DNA of 41,802 bases, taken from the IMG/VR virus record IMGVR_UViG_3300045988_137960. One strand, written 5' to 3'. Below, piece after piece: positions 40,831 through 41,802 of the stretch. This stretch comes from a virus. Numbering within the stretch: the stretch's first letter is position 1; each line of letters starts with the position of its first letter. A program made the position numbers and the translations under genes. Below the pieces are notes generated by a model, which was not told the origin of the DNA, ran no database searches, and saw only the letters and a list, made by a program, of their open reading frames with translations.

Positions 40831-40905
40831 TGGTCGCGGGAGCGGGAATCGAACCCGCATGGCCCGGCTTATGAGGCCGGTGAGTTACCTGTACTCTATC
40901 CCGCG
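40831..40905 (-). tRNA. tRNA-Met: tRNA-Met(CAT) (elongator or Ile2-type; C1:G72)
   Basis: Acceptor CGCGGGA/TCCCGCG, A73. Anticodon loop CTCATAA, T-loop TTCGATT. Confidence 0.85.
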
Positions 40906-40906
40906 A

Positions 40907-40983
40907 TGGCTTCTCGGCAGGGAGTCGAACCCTGACCGGCTGAATCAGAATCAACCGTGCTAGAACCGTTACACCACCGAGAA
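40907..40983 (-). tRNA. tRNA-Gln: tRNA-Gln(CTG)
   Basis: Acceptor TTCTCGG/CCGAGAA, G73. Anticodon loop TTCTGAT, T-loop TTCGACT. Confidence 0.85.
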
Positions 40984-41266
40984 CGTTTCGGCCAGCGGCC
41001 CCGGCGACCGATACGCTGCTGTACACATCTTCTTACGACGCGGCAGCCAAGTGGCAGGGCTGCCTTGGTTTTCCGATGTCGTATCGGCCGTTGCGGCCGC
41101 TGGTCTGGAGGCGCTGCAATCGCCCGCCCCCGTGTTGCCGTGGTTTCCGCGCGTCGCGGCTTTGGCACTCACGGCTTGCCGCCCTCCCGGCGCGATGCCG
41201 TTCGGGCCTTACCCCTTCCGGGGCGCATATTCTGTACTCAAGGTGCGCGTCCATTCGGACGGGCGT

Positions 41267-41396
41267 GCGGTTTCCCGCGCGGACTCGACTGATGTAGGGA
41301 AGGCCTGCCCAGGAGTCGGAGGCAGGTGAAAATTGCCCGTGAAGGAAGTGGTCAGTCTTCAGAGAGGAGTTCAGTCGAGTCCGCGAGGGAAACCGC
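41267..41396. repeat. 26-bp inverted repeat (41267-41292 and 41371-41396, one mismatch) enclosing 78 nt
   Basis: gcggtttcccgcgcggactcgactga ... tcagtcgagtccgcgagggaaaccgc. It begins 6 nt after the Cro-like gene stop. Confidence 0.85.
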
Positions 41397-41401
41397 TTCG
41401 G

Positions 41402-41611
41402 CTATTCGGGTTTGCGCCCGGTGAGCCAGTCGAGTGAGCAGTCCATCCAGTCGGCGAGCGTGATTGCCTCCTGAAGCGTGAACGGCCTTTCGCCGGTCAG
41501 CTTGTAGTGGACCGCGTTCCAGCAGATGCCTAGTACGTCGGCGACCTTCTGCTGGGTGATTCCGTGCTCGGCGATATATGCCGAGACTTTCCTTGCGAAG
41601 TCGTTGTCCAT
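41402..41611 (-). CDS. Cro-like XRE-family HTH regulator, first gene of the early operon
   Basis: 69 aa, ...EHGITQQKVADVLGICWNAVHYKLTG... AAAGGAGG RBS. It is preceded by the promoter and operator pair. Confidence 0.8.
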   Translation of the reverse strand: MDNDFARKVSAYIAEHGITQQKVADVLGICWNAVHYKLTGERPFTLQEAITLADWMDCSLDWLTGRKPE

Positions 41612-41637
41612 CCCATTCCTCCTTTCTGGGAACTCGC

Positions 41638-41691
41638 TTGCTCCACGTTGGGAGCTTTCGATTACCGATATTGCTCCACGTTGGGAGCTTT
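41638..41691. promoter_or_regulatory. Two 21-bp direct operator-like repeats (41638-41658 and 41671-41691), each with an internal GCTCC-N6-GGAGC dyad
   Basis: ttgctccacgttgggagcttt occurs twice, 33 bp apart, overlapping the early promoter spacer and the initial transcribed region. Confidence 0.7.
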
Positions 41692-41696
41692 GTCAA
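41668..41696 (-). promoter_or_regulatory. Early promoter candidate
   Basis: On the minus strand: TTGACA (41696-41691), a 17-nt spacer, then CAATAT (41673-41668), about 57 nt upstream of the Cro-like ATG. Confidence 0.55.
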
Positions 41697-41802
41697 CATC
41701 TTTTTGGGTAAAATTACTCTCGATAGGGAGTAAGGAGTTGCCATGATTCTTTTGAAGGGTCTTCCAGACATCCTCGCCTCTCGAGGAATGAAGCCAGCAG
41801 AC
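41684..41802. repeat. Terminal direct repeat, right copy (identical to 1-119)
   Basis: Exact 119-nt identity with the window start. Confidence 0.95.
41743..41802 (+). pseudogene. Possible remnant (first ~20 codons) of a divergently transcribed XRE/CI-type repressor gene. It is also present as 60-119.
   Basis: AAGGAG-N6-ATG, then [20 protein letters not shown]. Beyond base 119 the frame is antisense to the yebC fragment and reads as G/L/A-rich filler. Confidence 0.35.

Larger units (their letters stand above)
1..41802. mobile_element. Complete tailed-phage genome (HK97-type head, long non-contractile tail), circularly closed assembly
   Basis: Uninterrupted packaging, head, tail and lysis modules plus recombination and replication modules. 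The first 119 bases are repeated exactly at the end, giving a unit length of 41683 bp. Confidence 0.9.
41662..41802 (-). pseudogene. 3' end of the yebC-fragment fusion ORF (the continuation of feature 1-329 in the circular molecule)
   Basis: The frame continues ...[16 protein letters not shown]-stop (TAA at 41662-41664), running into the operator region. Confidence 0.6.

Noticed and set aside
41267-41396. The 26-bp inverted repeats as an invertible promoter switch (inverton).
   Set aside because: There is no invertase or recombinase gene in the genome. I found no -35/-10-like promoter in either orientation of the 78-nt insert. An RNA-structure reading is simpler.

Overview
The window is one complete tailed-phage genome. 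It has a high GC content, an HK97-type head and a long non-contractile tail. The assembly is circularly closed: bases 1-119 are repeated exactly at 41684-41802, so the unit length is 41,683 bp. The host is probably an Actinomycetota member. That is an inference from an mIHF-like gene, a yebC-like fragment and the codon bias.

Nearly all genes lie on the minus strand. In transcription order (high to low coordinates) they are:
- a Cro-like XRE gene behind a TTGACA promoter with two 21-bp operator repeats
- a roughly 420-nt hairpin-rich leader
- 11 tightly packed tRNA genes plus a 48-nt tRNA-like minihelix
- an SPFH protein, an excisionase-like HTH, RusA, YqaJ exonuclease with RecT, mIHF-like, SSB, an ArpU/sigma-like regulator and dUTPase
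- many small Cys-rich proteins and an orphan radical-SAM enzyme
- a DnaD-like replisome organiser (with an internal ori-like motif) and a DnaC-like loader
- a (GATTTC)n array and a small HTH operon
- the only plus-strand island: a multi-zinc-ribbon, amidoligase-like protein plus tiny hydrophobic peptides
- HNH, TerS, TerL, portal, protease, capsid, connectors, major tail, chaperones, a 1610-aa tape measure, distal tail and hub proteins, and a fibre
- a complete diversity-generating retroelement (target VR, avd, TR, RT)
- XkdX-like protein, holin, amidase endolysin and a lipoprotein-like gene

The four most notable observations:
1. The DGR. Every TR/VR substitution is at a TR adenine, and VR carries one extra codon.
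2. The place where attP, int and the repressor should sit holds a host-like yebC 5' fragment fused at base 119/120. A divergent repressor-like ORF is cut after about 20 codons, and I recognise no recombinase anywhere in the genome.
3. The plus-strand accessory island.
4. Structural oddities in the tRNA array.

All calls come from reading the DNA and the ORF translations by eye. No database search or folding program was available, so family names are motif-level recognitions.
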